A stretch of 64,000 nt of DNA, taken from the NCBI GenBank assembly GCA_963726455.1, contig CAVSCK010000005.1, positions 480,001-544,000 of the forward strand. The letters run 5' to 3'. The notes beneath the pieces were generated by a model. The model saw nothing but the letters and a program-made list of their open reading frames with translations. It made no database searches and was not told the DNA's origin. The position numbers and the translations under genes were made by a program. Shown here piece by piece: positions 51,679-61,883 of this stretch (the first letter of the stretch is position 1; each line of letters opens with the position of its first letter). The stretch is from an uncultured bacterium. GTDB taxonomy: Bacteria; Zixibacteria; MSB-5A5; CAIYYT01.

Positions 51679-53529
51679 ATGCTGAAGTATCTGATTGCAG
51701 CCGCCGTTGTCGTTCTGCCGCTAGTCTATCAGACTACGACGCTTGATCCGACTCAGCCGCTGCGATTCCTGATAGTAGCCGCACTGGCAGTCCTTGTGTC
51801 CCTGACACTTCTGGTTCGCGCGATGCGTAGAGATAGGGGCGACAATCGGCAGGCGCTGCGACGGGCTGTATTCCCGGCAGTGGTAATCTACGTGGTAATC
51901 TCGGCAATCTCGATCTTGCAGGCGGTGAATTCTTCGGAAGCAGTTTACGATTTCAGCAAAGTTGCACTCTTCGCGGCACTCATGGTTTGCACGACACTGA
52001 TTTTCGCTTCGGAGAAACAGGCCTTGCTCGTGTTTACCAAGGCCATGACTCTGAGTGGAGCGATACTTGCGGCCATCGGCATCTGTCAATACTACGGCAT
52101 TGGCTTCACCGACATTCCGGGAAACTCGATTCCCTATGGCACAATGGCCAACAAGAACCTGTTGTCGGCGGTGCTCTGTATGACACTGCCGTTCGGAGTG
52201 TATGCTGCGTTTCAACTAGGACGCTGGTGGCAGGTAGTCGGATTTTTGTCAGCTTTGCTGTCATTAATGGAAGTAATCATCAGTCAGACGCGTGCCGACT
52301 GGATGGCGCTGGCCGTTGCTACGCTCCTGATTATTCCGCTTTACTTTGTCCGCAGCAAAGATCGAACTCTACTGGGGGAGCCGAAGAAACAAAATCGGAG
52401 AAAGAAGGTCGTCCTTGCTCTGGCGGTCGTCGTGATTCTGGTTGCCGGAGTTTCGGGGATCATCATTCGCCCCGGTCAAAGCAGTATCGGCCAGCGAATC
52501 ACTTCGATAGTGACACATCAGGACCCGTCCAGCCAGGAGCGGTTGGTGATCTGGAAGAAATCGCTGGAAATGTTCGGCGGGCATCCGCTTACCGGAATCG
52601 GTATCGGCAACTGGAAGGTAGTCTATCCGGGGCTCGGCACTGCCGGCACACGAGCCGCAGCCGCAGATATTTACTTCCAGCAACCGCACAATGACTATTT
52701 GTGGATTCTTGCCGAGACCGGAATCCCGGGGCTGATTGCCTTTCTCGCGGTGCTGGGTTTAGTACTGTGGTACGGAATTCGGACGTTACGGCACGCAGAT
52801 TCTGGCGAAGACGGCCTTTTGGCACTGGCTCTGCTGTTTGCCGTGATTTGCGCGATGGTTGACGCGTTCTTCAGTTATCCTCGCGAACGCATCGAGCTGG
52901 TAACTTACGTAGCATTCATTTTTGCCGCAATGGTTGCACTGTGCGACCGGGATTCGGTTGCTGCGAAAGGCGGATTTCGCCGCCTGGCACTGGGCACGCT
53001 TGCCGGGTGCACGATAATCGGTGTTGTGGCGACCTGTTTGGGCATCGTACGCCTGAACGGTGAGACGCACACGATGAAGGCATGGCTGGCGAAAGGCGCG
53101 GGCAACTGGCCGGAGGTGATAGCACAAAGCAATCTGGCGCGATCACCTTGGCTCACGCTTGATCCGACTTCGACGCCGCTGGCATGGTACAGCGGGGTTG
53201 CGCGCTTCTCTGTTAACGATCGTGACGGCGCCTGCCGCGATTTTGAGACGGCCTACCGAGACAATCCGAATCATCCGCATGTACTGAACAATCTTGGCAC
53301 TTGCGCCGAACTGCGCGGCGATCATGAAACGGCATTGACATACTATCAGCGTTCGGTGGCGGTCGCGCCGGCATTTGACGATGCCTGGTTGAATCTCACG
53401 GCAGTTTATTACAACATGGGGGAGTATGCGAAAGCCGACAGCGTTCTAGCACAGGTTGGCAATGGCTGCACCGATTCGCGAGTTGGGGTGTTCAGGGAGA
53501 GAATATCTACGGTGCTGAAGAAACCGTGA
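51679..53529 (+). CDS. O-antigen ligase (Wzy_C) family protein with C-terminal TPR
   Basis: 'GTMANKN', 'SQTRA', 'RLVIW..GIGIGNW', 'PHNDYL'; TPR helices. Confidence 0.88.
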   Translation: MLKYLIAAAVVVLPLVYQTTTLDPTQPLRFLIVAALAVLVSLTLLVRAMRRDRGDNRQALRRAVFPAVVIYVVISAISILQAVNSSEAVYDFSKVALFAALMVCTTLIFASEKQALLVFTKAMTLSGAILAAIGICQYYGIGFTDIPGNSIPYGTMANKNLLSAVLCMTLPFGVYAAFQLGRWWQVVGFLSALLSLMEVIISQTRADWMALAVATLLIIPLYFVRSKDRTLLGEPKKQNRRKKVVLALAVVVILVAGVSGIIIRPGQSSIGQRITSIVTHQDPSSQERLVIWKKSLEMFGGHPLTGIGIGNWKVVYPGLGTAGTRAAAADIYFQQPHNDYLWILAETGIPGLIAFLAVLGLVLWYGIRTLRHADSGEDGLLALALLFAVICAMVDAFFSYPRERIELVTYVAFIFAAMVALCDRDSVAAKGGFRRLALGTLAGCTIIGVVATCLGIVRLNGETHTMKAWLAKGAGNWPEVIAQSNLARSPWLTLDPTSTPLAWYSGVARFSVNDRDGACRDFETAYRDNPNHPHVLNNLGTCAELRGDHETALTYYQRSVAVAPAFDDAWLNLTAVYYNMGEYAKADSVLAQVGNGCTDSRVGVFRERISTVLKKP

Positions 53530-53554
53530 TTATCAGATCACACGCGCACAGTGA

Positions 53555-54640
53555 TCAGACGTTAAAGCGAAAGATCACGACATCGCCGTCGTGCATGAGG
53601 TAGGTCTTGCCTTCGAGCCGCACCAGGCCGTGCTTGCGCGCTTCGGCATATGAGCCCGAACGTTTGAGATCTTCATAGGCGACGATCTCGGCGCGAATGA
53701 AGCCACGTTCGAAATCGGCATGAATGACGCCCGCAGCCGACTGGGCTGTCGAACCCTTCTTGATTGTCCAGGCGCGGGTCTCCTTATCGCCAGTGGTCAA
53801 GAACGAAATCAATCCGAGCATGGCGTAGGATTTGCGAATCACCAGATCGAGCGCCGATTCCTTGAGTCCCATGTCGGCCATGAAGGTAGCGCAATCTTCA
53901 TCGGGAAGCTGCGCCAGTTCCATTTCCATCTTTCCGCAAGTCACCGCCAGGTCCAAATTCGGTTTGCCGGCCAGGTCGGCGAATTCGCCGTCAATGCTCT
54001 CGATCTTATCGATATCATTTTCACCGATGTTGATAATAACCAGCATCGGTTTCTCCGAAAGAAATCGGAATCCGCGAATCAATTTGGACTCCTCGGGCGG
54101 CATGGTTACCGATCGCAGCGGTGTATTCTGTTCGAGTATTTCCTTGACCTTGCGCAAGACCTCGGCTTCGTGCTTGACCTTGTCATCCTTGACGACCTTG
54201 GCCTGGCGCTCCACGCGATCGAGACGCTTTTCGACCATCAACAGATCGGTAAAGACCAATTCCTCATCGAGCGCCTCGATATCACGTCGGACATTGACCG
54301 ACCCCTTGGGATGCAGGACGCTATCGTTGGCAAACGCCCTGACCACGTGCGCCAGCGCATCGCACTCGCGCAGCACCTGCGGGATTTCTGATTCGGACGC
54401 CGTGTCCTTCTCGCCGGTGAATCCAGCCACATCGAGATATTCCACCTCGGCATAAACAGTTTTCAGCGAACTGCTCATCTCCGTCAGGAAATCGATGCGC
54501 GCGTCGGGCACCAGCACGCGGCCGCGATGAAACGCGCCCTTCTGGGACTGGAAACTACCCACCTCGGCATCGCCGCGGGTAACGGCATTAAACACGGTGG
54601 TTTTGCCGGAGAGGCCGAGTCCTATCAAGCCAACGATCAT
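53555..54640 (-). CDS. ychF: YchF-family ribosome-binding ATPase
   Basis: 'GKTTVFNAVT', 'VPDAR', 'DVAG', 'AAGVIHADFERGFIRAE', 'FRFNV'. Confidence 0.9.
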   Translation of the reverse strand: MIVGLIGLGLSGKTTVFNAVTRGDAEVGSFQSQKGAFHRGRVLVPDARIDFLTEMSSSLKTVYAEVEYLDVAGFTGEKDTASESEIPQVLRECDALAHVVRAFANDSVLHPKGSVNVRRDIEALDEELVFTDLLMVEKRLDRVERQAKVVKDDKVKHEAEVLRKVKEILEQNTPLRSVTMPPEESKLIRGFRFLSEKPMLVIINIGENDIDKIESIDGEFADLAGKPNLDLAVTCGKMEMELAQLPDEDCATFMADMGLKESALDLVIRKSYAMLGLISFLTTGDKETRAWTIKKGSTAQSAAGVIHADFERGFIRAEIVAYEDLKRSGSYAEARKHGLVRLEGKTYLMHDGDVVIFRFNV

Positions 54641-54710
54641 GCCTTCATTATATATGCACGTCGCCGCCAAGACAAAGGAATTTCCTCAGCCGTGCAAATG
54701 TAAGCGTTCG

Positions 54711-56327
54711 CTATGGGGAGGGAGCACGTCTGATGCTTAACGCAACGATGCGGTCAATGTTGCTGGATATAATCGTATTGTCCCTGTCGGAGCCGGTAAG
54801 CTTGTTGAGCCGTCCCAATTCACCTCTGGAAAAGACGCACAACAGCGTGTCGTGCGCCGCAGCAAAATCGCGCACTTCCTGATCTTCCGACAGAATCGTC
54901 ACCGGCTGCATACTCCAGAATGGCGTCTTGCTGCCGGCCATCACTGCCACCGGATTCCCGGAATAGTAGTAAACGCCGCGGACATAAAGACTGTTGCAGA
55001 GAATCGGTTGGCCGGAATAATGATATTGCTTCACCAGCGCCGGTAGATCGCTGTCGGTGAGCGCCGTTTCGAGTTTGGGGAACAGCACATAGGGAGTGAT
55101 AATCGCGAAACCAATCATGCCGATCACACCGGCAATGACTGCTGATTGCAGACGCTGCCGAAACATGAACACCGCCGCCGCCAACGAAGTCAGCGCAATC
55201 GGGCCGAAACTGAGGAACCCGGCCGTCACGAATTGCGGATAGTCTTTGCGCAGAAACAACGGCGCGATGCCAAGGCCAATTCCGGCGACAACAAGAAGCG
55301 CCGACACGATATAGGAGCGATACTTCTTTAGCTCCGCGCCGGTCGCCGAGAATCCGATCATCATCGCCAGCGCCGGGAAGACGGGCGAGATGTAGGTCGA
55401 CAACTTGGACTGCGCGACGTTGAAAATGATGTACATCACCACGAACCACGTCACTGCGAAAAGATATTCATTTCGCATCTTGCGGAATCCGGCGCCGATC
55501 AGTGGGAAATACGATGTCCAGGGAATCATACCGACAATGATGACGCCGGGATAAAACCATTGCGTGTTGAATTGGTGATGCTCGGCGTGCAGCAGACGAT
55601 TCCAGTGACAGTTTACGAAATACTCCCAGAGGAAAGAATAGCCATACTGGAAGGACGCATACAGAAACCACGGCAGAACCAGTATCAGCCAGAGAAACCA
55701 CCAGCCGGAGAACAGGAATTTACCCACCAGTTTGCGATTGCCACTCACGATGAGAAAAACAGTCCCCGTCACCAGTGGCAACACCAGGCCAAGTGGCGTT
55801 TTGGCGAGAGTCGCTAGTGCCGTAAGAACAGCGAACCAGAGTAGATATCGCAGTCTTTGCGATTTGAACCACAAGTAGAAGCAGTATAGAGAGAAAGCAA
55901 TCAGCGTCGAGAAAACCATGTCGGTCAGTACGACATGGGTCAATCCGATCCACCAGACTGCCGATGCCAAGATCGCCGCCGTTATGAATGCAGTTTCTTC
56001 AGACAGCACCTTCCTGACAAACAGGAAAACGCCGACTACGCTCAGCAATCCAAACAGCGCCGACGCAAACCGCGCCGCGACGGCATCGACGCCGAACAGT
56101 TTATACGATAGCATCACCAGCCAGAAATAGAGCGGCGGCTTTTCGAAATTCGGTTCCTGGAAAATCAATGGCGTCAGGATGCTGCCCTGCGCCAACATCT
56201 CTTTGGCGGTCTCACCATAAAACGTGTCATCCGGATCGGTGAGCGACGGCGCCCCCAATCCCAAGAAGTAGAGCAGGATGCAGAGCGCAATCAGAACCGT
56301 CAAACGACGGCCGGTCGTGTTTATCAT
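54711..56327 (-). CDS. ArnT/PMT family glycosyltransferase
   Basis: 'DPDDTFYGETAKEM', 'FEKPPLYFW', 'ARFASA', 'SKLSTYI'. Confidence 0.9.
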   Translation of the reverse strand: MINTTGRRLTVLIALCILLYFLGLGAPSLTDPDDTFYGETAKEMLAQGSILTPLIFQEPNFEKPPLYFWLVMLSYKLFGVDAVAARFASALFGLLSVVGVFLFVRKVLSEETAFITAAILASAVWWIGLTHVVLTDMVFSTLIAFSLYCFYLWFKSQRLRYLLWFAVLTALATLAKTPLGLVLPLVTGTVFLIVSGNRKLVGKFLFSGWWFLWLILVLPWFLYASFQYGYSFLWEYFVNCHWNRLLHAEHHQFNTQWFYPGVIIVGMIPWTSYFPLIGAGFRKMRNEYLFAVTWFVVMYIIFNVAQSKLSTYISPVFPALAMMIGFSATGAELKKYRSYIVSALLVVAGIGLGIAPLFLRKDYPQFVTAGFLSFGPIALTSLAAAVFMFRQRLQSAVIAGVIGMIGFAIITPYVLFPKLETALTDSDLPALVKQYHYSGQPILCNSLYVRGVYYYSGNPVAVMAGSKTPFWSMQPVTILSEDQEVRDFAAAHDTLLCVFSRGELGRLNKLTGSDRDNTIISSNIDRIVALSIRRAPSP

Positions 56328-56384
56328 GCCGCCATGTTATTCAAACCAATGCCTTCAGACAAGCGATAATGGCAATGACCCGGC

Positions 56385-56413
56385 TTGACCGGGCAGGCGT
56401 ACGGGCGTATATT
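56385..56413 (+). promoter_or_regulatory. Sigma70 promoter of mtaB
   Basis: TTGACC-N17-TATATT. Confidence 0.7.
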
Positions 56414-56490
56414 GGCAGACGGCCGGATTACGTGAAGCGTATCGCCTTACGGTATCGTCTCACAACAAAGTCAATCGAATTGGAGAAACT

Positions 56491-57840
56491 ATTAGCAGGC
56501 CAAGAGCATCCTTACATACTCTGGGTTGCCGTCTGAATCAGGCGGAGACCGCGATCATCGCCAACACGCTGTCACAGCGCGGCTACGATATCGTCGAGTT
56601 CGGCCAGCCGGTTGATCTGGCGGTGATCAACACATGCACCGTTACCGAGCAGGCCGATGCCAAATGCCGGCAGGCGGTCAGGCAGGCGCTGCGGCTAAAT
56701 CCCTCAACCTATGTTGCCGTGGTCGGATGTTATTCGCAGATCGGTCTGGAAACAATTCGGCAGATCAAGGGCATCGACCTGATTATCGGCAACGAACACA
56801 AGCTCAAGGTCGCGGATCATCTCAACGGTTTGACCAAGCAACTTGAACCGATCGTCATTCACTCACCTAAATTGCCTGATGCCGAATTCACGATTGACTC
56901 ACCGGGACTTTACAGCTTCAACACCAGAGCCAATCTCAAAATTCAGGATGGCTGCAATTACTTCTGCTCATTCTGCATCATTCCGACCGTGCGCGGGCGG
57001 GCCCGCAGCCGCACCTTCGAGGATATCCTGAAGGAAGCGCGCGAGTTGGTGGAATCTGGACACCGGGAATTGGTGATTACCGGCATTAACGTCGGCACCT
57101 ATAAGAATGAAGGCCGGCGCTTGCTTCAGGTTATCGCTGAGCTGGAGAAAATCGAAGGACTGGCGCGCATCCGCATCAGTTCCATCGAGCCGACGACAAT
57201 CGGCGCCGAACTAGTGCGCTACATGGCATCATCGGAGAAACTCGTGCCGTACCTGCATATTCCATTGCAGAGCGGCGACGACCGCATTCTCAAGGCGATG
57301 AAGCGCAAACACACGATCGCCCAATTCTGCAAGTTTGTCGAATGGGCGGCGGCGACGGTGCCTGATGTCGGTATCGGCAGCGATGCGATGGTTGGTTTCC
57401 CCGGTGAAGATGAGGAGGAATTCCTGCATACCAAAGACGCGCTGCGCGATTTGCCGATTTACTATTTTCACGTATTCAGCTATTCCGACCGGCCGGGAAC
57501 AAAGTCGTACCCTCTTCAACCGAAGGTTGATCCCCAGACTAAAAAACTCCGCGCGCGCCGGCTGATCGAACTGTCCGAACGAAAAAAGCGTGCGTTCTAC
57601 GAGAGCCACGTGGGTAAAACGAAAAGAGTCCTGTTCGAGGATCTTGAAAACGGCCTGTGGACCGGACACACCGGAAATTATATGAAGGTCCAGGTCGCGA
57701 GTGAACAGCAACTGCACAATCAGATATTGCCCGTGCGGTTGATTGAAGCTCGCAGTGACACAATATTTGGGGGCGCTTCAATAGATCACGCGCCGACACG
57801 CAAACCCTCCAATCGGCAAGCTATTGGCGGAGGATGTTAA
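56491..57840 (+). CDS. mtaB: tRNA t6A methylthiotransferase (apparent ATT start)
   Basis: In-frame 'TLGCRLNQAE' upstream of the listed ORF; 'NTCTVT', 'QDGCNYFCSFC', 'HIPLQSG', TRAM-like end. Confidence 0.92.
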   Translation: MSRPRASLHTLGCRLNQAETAIIANTLSQRGYDIVEFGQPVDLAVINTCTVTEQADAKCRQAVRQALRLNPSTYVAVVGCYSQIGLETIRQIKGIDLIIGNEHKLKVADHLNGLTKQLEPIVIHSPKLPDAEFTIDSPGLYSFNTRANLKIQDGCNYFCSFCIIPTVRGRARSRTFEDILKEARELVESGHRELVITGINVGTYKNEGRRLLQVIAELEKIEGLARIRISSIEPTTIGAELVRYMASSEKLVPYLHIPLQSGDDRILKAMKRKHTIAQFCKFVEWAAATVPDVGIGSDAMVGFPGEDEEEFLHTKDALRDLPIYYFHVFSYSDRPGTKSYPLQPKVDPQTKKLRARRLIELSERKKRAFYESHVGKTKRVLFEDLENGLWTGHTGNYMKVQVASEQQLHNQILPVRLIEARSDTIFGGASIDHAPTRKPSNRQAIGGGC

Positions 57841-59144
57841 TGAGTCAGAGTGGATATCGACTCACGACAATCATAACTATCGTTTTCTTCGCGCTCCTGA
57901 CCTGTCATCCATCGACGGCACTGGCCGGTAACCCAAAAAAATCGCGCAGCAGCAAAGGCCACAAGTCTCAGACTATTCCGAAACGAAATTCTACCGGCGA
58001 ACTGATAGATACCTCGAAGATGAACATCAATGTTGCACCGTCGGAATCGGCGACATTGGGGACAGCTACCAAACCGGGAGTCAGTCGACTGCTGCTCGAA
58101 AATATTCCGGCGCCGTCCCTGGCGGGTAATCTCCTCGGTGACTCGACAATTCAACCGGTCGCCATCTACTTCCCGCCCTCATACAGCTCCAGCAAGCTTC
58201 GTTATCCGGTGGTCTATTTCCTGCCCGGCTTTGGTGATGTCGTGGCGCAATACCTTGATGGCACCTATCAGGGATTCAGACTGCAGCCGGTTATGGATTC
58301 ACTGATTGCCGCGGGCGCAGTCAAGGAAATGATCGTCGTAGTTATCAACGGTCGCAACTTGCTCGGCGGCAGTTTCTATGCCAATTCCCCGGTTAGCGGC
58401 AATTGGGAAAACTTCGTGGAAAAGGATGTTGTCACCTATATCGACAGTCGTTATCGCACGATCCTGCGCCCGAGTGCGCGCGGAATCGCCGGGCACTCCA
58501 TGGGCGGTTATGGCGCGCTCGATCTGGCGATGCATCACCCCGATATTTTCGGCAACGCTTACTGTTTGAGCCCCGGGCTATTTGACGAAAACGGTTTGTC
58601 CCAGAGTCTGATGTTTGCCGACCCCAAAACCGTCAGAGATTATCTGGCAATCGATCGCGAATTAACAGCGATGAACCGCGAACAAGCAGCAACCGGCCTG
58701 GGGCGGATTCTTGACAGTCTGGTGACCGCTCAACGCTGGGATTTGATTTTCACCATGGCATATGGCGCAGCGTTTTCCGGCAAGCCGAGCAAGAATGCAC
58801 CTCATATCAGCTATCCCTATTCACTGGATAACAACGCACTGGCTCTCGATACTCTAGTGTGGCATCGCTGGGAAAGCGGGTTCGGTGATCTCAATCAAAA
58901 GCTGGCAGATAGTAGAACTCAACTGTCAGATCTGAACGCGTTGGGAATTGAGTACGGTGTCGCGGATGAGAATTCCTGGATTCCGAAAGGTTGTCAATAT
59001 TTTGCGAGACTGCTGACCGATCGGCACATTAAGTATCAGATGACGACTTTCGCCGGGCAAACACCAGGACCAACTGGGAACCGGCTGACCCAGTACATGC
59101 TCCCGTTCTTTTCGCAGAATCTGTTGTTCCAAAGACCGCACTAG
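57840..59144 (+). CDS. Secreted alpha/beta-hydrolase esterase
   Basis: Signal peptide; 'YPVVYFLPG', nucleophile 'GHSMGG'. Confidence 0.88.
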   Translation: MSQSGYRLTTIITIVFFALLTCHPSTALAGNPKKSRSSKGHKSQTIPKRNSTGELIDTSKMNINVAPSESATLGTATKPGVSRLLLENIPAPSLAGNLLGDSTIQPVAIYFPPSYSSSKLRYPVVYFLPGFGDVVAQYLDGTYQGFRLQPVMDSLIAAGAVKEMIVVVINGRNLLGGSFYANSPVSGNWENFVEKDVVTYIDSRYRTILRPSARGIAGHSMGGYGALDLAMHHPDIFGNAYCLSPGLFDENGLSQSLMFADPKTVRDYLAIDRELTAMNREQAATGLGRILDSLVTAQRWDLIFTMAYGAAFSGKPSKNAPHISYPYSLDNNALALDTLVWHRWESGFGDLNQKLADSRTQLSDLNALGIEYGVADENSWIPKGCQYFARLLTDRHIKYQMTTFAGQTPGPTGNRLTQYMLPFFSQNLLFQRPH

Positions 59145-59165
59145 TCAGAGTGTTCCCTACCTTTT

Positions 59166-59188
59166 GTAGGAGCGACTTCAGTCGCGAC
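59166..59188. repeat. GTAG-type REP
   Basis: GTAGGAGCGACTTCAGTCGCGAC between convergent genes. Confidence 0.7.
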
Positions 59189-59198
59189 CAGTGATCTC

Positions 59199-61064
59199 CT
59201 ACCCTACCAACAACTTCTCCAACTCATCGACCAGCCGGCCGAACAATTTCGCGGTCGCCTCGATTGCGTCCGGCTTGGTCATATCGACACCGGCATCAGC
59301 CAGAATCTCAATCGGATATTTCGATTCGCCCGCTCTGAGGAAGTTGGCATAACGCTGCGCCTGTTCCCGATCTCCGGAGAGCAGACGCTCGGCGATCAAG
59401 GTCGCGGCAGAGTAACTGGTGGCATATTGGTAAACATAGAAGGCGCGATAGAAATGACTGATGCGCAGGCAGTTGATGTCGTTGTATTCGTCGAGCACCA
59501 GCTCCGGTCCCCAGAACTTCTGGTAGATCCGGCGGTAGATTTGGCGCAAGACATCCGCCGACAGCGGCTTGCCCTGCTCGACCTCGGTATGCACCTCGTC
59601 TTCAAACTGCGAGAACATGACTTGCGTGAAGAACGTCCCGACAATCTGCTGGATGTAGTAGTTCAGCAAGTAGGCGCGTTGGTCTTTGTCCCTGGCGCGC
59701 TCCAGCATGAAATGCATCAGCAGTTCTTCGTTGGTAGTCGAAGCAACCTCGGCGGTGAAGATCGAATGCCCCGAGTAGATATAGGGCTGGCCAAGCTTGG
59801 AATAGTAGGCATGCATCGCGTGTCCCATCTCGTGAGACAGCGTAAACATATTGTCGAGGGTATCATTGTAGTTCATCAGGACATAAGGATGCGCGGCATA
59901 CGTACTCCATGAGTACGCACCCGATCCTTTGCCCTCGCTTTCGTAGACATCAATCCAGCCCGACTCCATTCCCTTGAGCAGGTTCTCGACATATTCAGCA
60001 CCCAACGGCTGCAAACCTTCACGGATATATTTGATCGCTTCGTCATACGTGATCTTCATTTTCGCTTCGGGCACCAGCGGCACGTAAACATCATACGCGT
60101 GCAGCTCGTCGACACCCAGAACCCGCTTGCGCAGTGAGGCATAGCGATGGAGCACTTCCAGATAGTTGTCAACGGTCGTAACCAGATTGCGGTAAGTCGC
60201 TTGCGGAATGTTATCGCCATCAAGCGCCGCCCCGAGACAACTATCATACTTACGCGCCCGCGCCACATACAGATCTTTATATATGGAGGTGGCAAGCGTG
60301 GCGCCGAGAGTGTTCACGTAGGTCTTATACGCGTTCGTGAACGTCTCCATAGTCTCACGACGGACACGACGATCTTTCGATTCGAGCAGGTCGTAGTAAC
60401 GCTGCTTGGTGAGCGCAACCTTCTCACCCTCTTCGTCAACGATCTCACCATACTTGATATCTGCATCGTCGATCATGCGGAATATCTGCGACGGCCCACG
60501 CGTGACGTTGCCGGCGAGCGCCATCAGTTTTTCTTCAACAGGCGACAGGATGTGTGCCCGCATGCGGCGAATTTCGTCCAGATGATGATCGTACAGCGAG
60601 AGTTGCGGATACTCAGACTTCATTTGAGCAAGACGTTCGTCGGAAAGGGCTGTGATTTCGGGCGTGATGTAGGCGCCAACTTCACCGAATACCGTCGACA
60701 GCGCCGAGATTTCATCGCCCATCGCCTGGTAATGACTGACGCGGTTATCCTCGTCAAGCTTGAGGTGGGCATAGACATATAGTTTGTAGAACAGAATTGA
60801 GGCCTGGTCGCGATGATCGAGGCAACGAAACAGCATCTCCCCGGAGTCGGCCAGTTTTCCACTGAAGTCAGCTACGCGGCCGATCATCTCCTTAACCTTG
60901 ACCAGATCCTGCCGCCAGGAATCGTCGGATTCATACATGTGATCAAGGCGCCATTTATAACGGTCATCGATCTCTGACCGTTGTCTGACTTTCTTGCCAC
61001 TAGTCGCAGTGTCAGTCCCTGAGGTCGCGCCCCGCAACAGCTTACTGATCTTCCGACGTCTCAT
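59199..61064 (-). CDS. pepF: Oligoendopeptidase F (M3B)
   Basis: 'GKGSGAYS', 'HEMGH', 'AEVAST', 'FYVYQYAT'. Confidence 0.95.
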   Translation of the reverse strand: MRRRKISKLLRGATSGTDTATSGKKVRQRSEIDDRYKWRLDHMYESDDSWRQDLVKVKEMIGRVADFSGKLADSGEMLFRCLDHRDQASILFYKLYVYAHLKLDEDNRVSHYQAMGDEISALSTVFGEVGAYITPEITALSDERLAQMKSEYPQLSLYDHHLDEIRRMRAHILSPVEEKLMALAGNVTRGPSQIFRMIDDADIKYGEIVDEEGEKVALTKQRYYDLLESKDRRVRRETMETFTNAYKTYVNTLGATLATSIYKDLYVARARKYDSCLGAALDGDNIPQATYRNLVTTVDNYLEVLHRYASLRKRVLGVDELHAYDVYVPLVPEAKMKITYDEAIKYIREGLQPLGAEYVENLLKGMESGWIDVYESEGKGSGAYSWSTYAAHPYVLMNYNDTLDNMFTLSHEMGHAMHAYYSKLGQPYIYSGHSIFTAEVASTTNEELLMHFMLERARDKDQRAYLLNYYIQQIVGTFFTQVMFSQFEDEVHTEVEQGKPLSADVLRQIYRRIYQKFWGPELVLDEYNDINCLRISHFYRAFYVYQYATSYSAATLIAERLLSGDREQAQRYANFLRAGESKYPIEILADAGVDMTKPDAIEATAKLFGRLVDELEKLLVG

Positions 61065-61205
61065 ACCTAATCTCGTCTCGCTATAGTGTGACGGTTGCCC
61101 GCATATCGACAGGTGCAGCTAGGCCGCACAAAATTGTCCGGCTAATGTAATGGGTGGTAGCAATTTTGCCAAGAGAATGGTAGCAATTATCGTTACGATT
61201 ATCAC

Positions 61206-61883
61206 CTAGCGGGGTCGGTGACTTTCAAGCGACAATGAGGACTGTGTCTGGGAGCTGTTACGGTATGTGGGCCAGTTAACCTCATAGACTTCGGCCTCAT
61301 TTCCCCACTGCGTCCAACCCGGCCGGGCACCTCTCGCGAACATCTCGAGATAGGGTCCCGGGCTGCAAGATTCAACAATGTTATACAACTCATCCGGTTT
61401 GCGAGAGTGTTCACGTTTGGCTATACGAATTACATTTACCTGGCTCCGTCCCGGAGGCAGGGTACGCAACTTGCCGCGAATACCAAAAAGGACCAGCTCT
61501 GTTGTATTGCGAAAATAGAAACCGACGCCCCTGCCGTCAGGACCGCCGTCCTTTCGAATCTTGTGCCAGACGATGTTAGTCTTATAAGTGAATCCCCATG
61601 CCTCCATCACCGCCAATCCTTCCTGAAGCAGTGCATTGGGTACCCAGAGGTAAAGATGGGATTTCGACTTGGCCACTTGCGACACGGGAATTTCCATTAT
61701 CTGCTTCAGACTCAGCGTCTCATACCGCGAAAGGCGCCGATGTTCAGGTGCAACCTTTCCCGTGCGGTTCGAAAATCTCCACGGTGGATCAGCCAGAACC
61801 GTTCCGAAACTACCAGAGAGACTCCGAATGAAGTCCTCAGCCGGGCTCAGGACTTGAGTTGGTGTAGACTTATCTCTCAACAT
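61206..61883 (-). CDS. MT-A70 family N6-adenine methyltransferase
   Basis: 'LADPPW', 'LYLWVPN', 'WGFTYKT', 'EHSRKP', 'LEMFAR'. Confidence 0.92.
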   Translation of the reverse strand: MLRDKSTPTQVLSPAEDFIRSLSGSFGTVLADPPWRFSNRTGKVAPEHRRLSRYETLSLKQIMEIPVSQVAKSKSHLYLWVPNALLQEGLAVMEAWGFTYKTNIVWHKIRKDGGPDGRGVGFYFRNTTELVLFGIRGKLRTLPPGRSQVNVIRIAKREHSRKPDELYNIVESCSPGPYLEMFARGARPGWTQWGNEAEVYEVNWPTYRNSSQTQSSLSLESHRPR

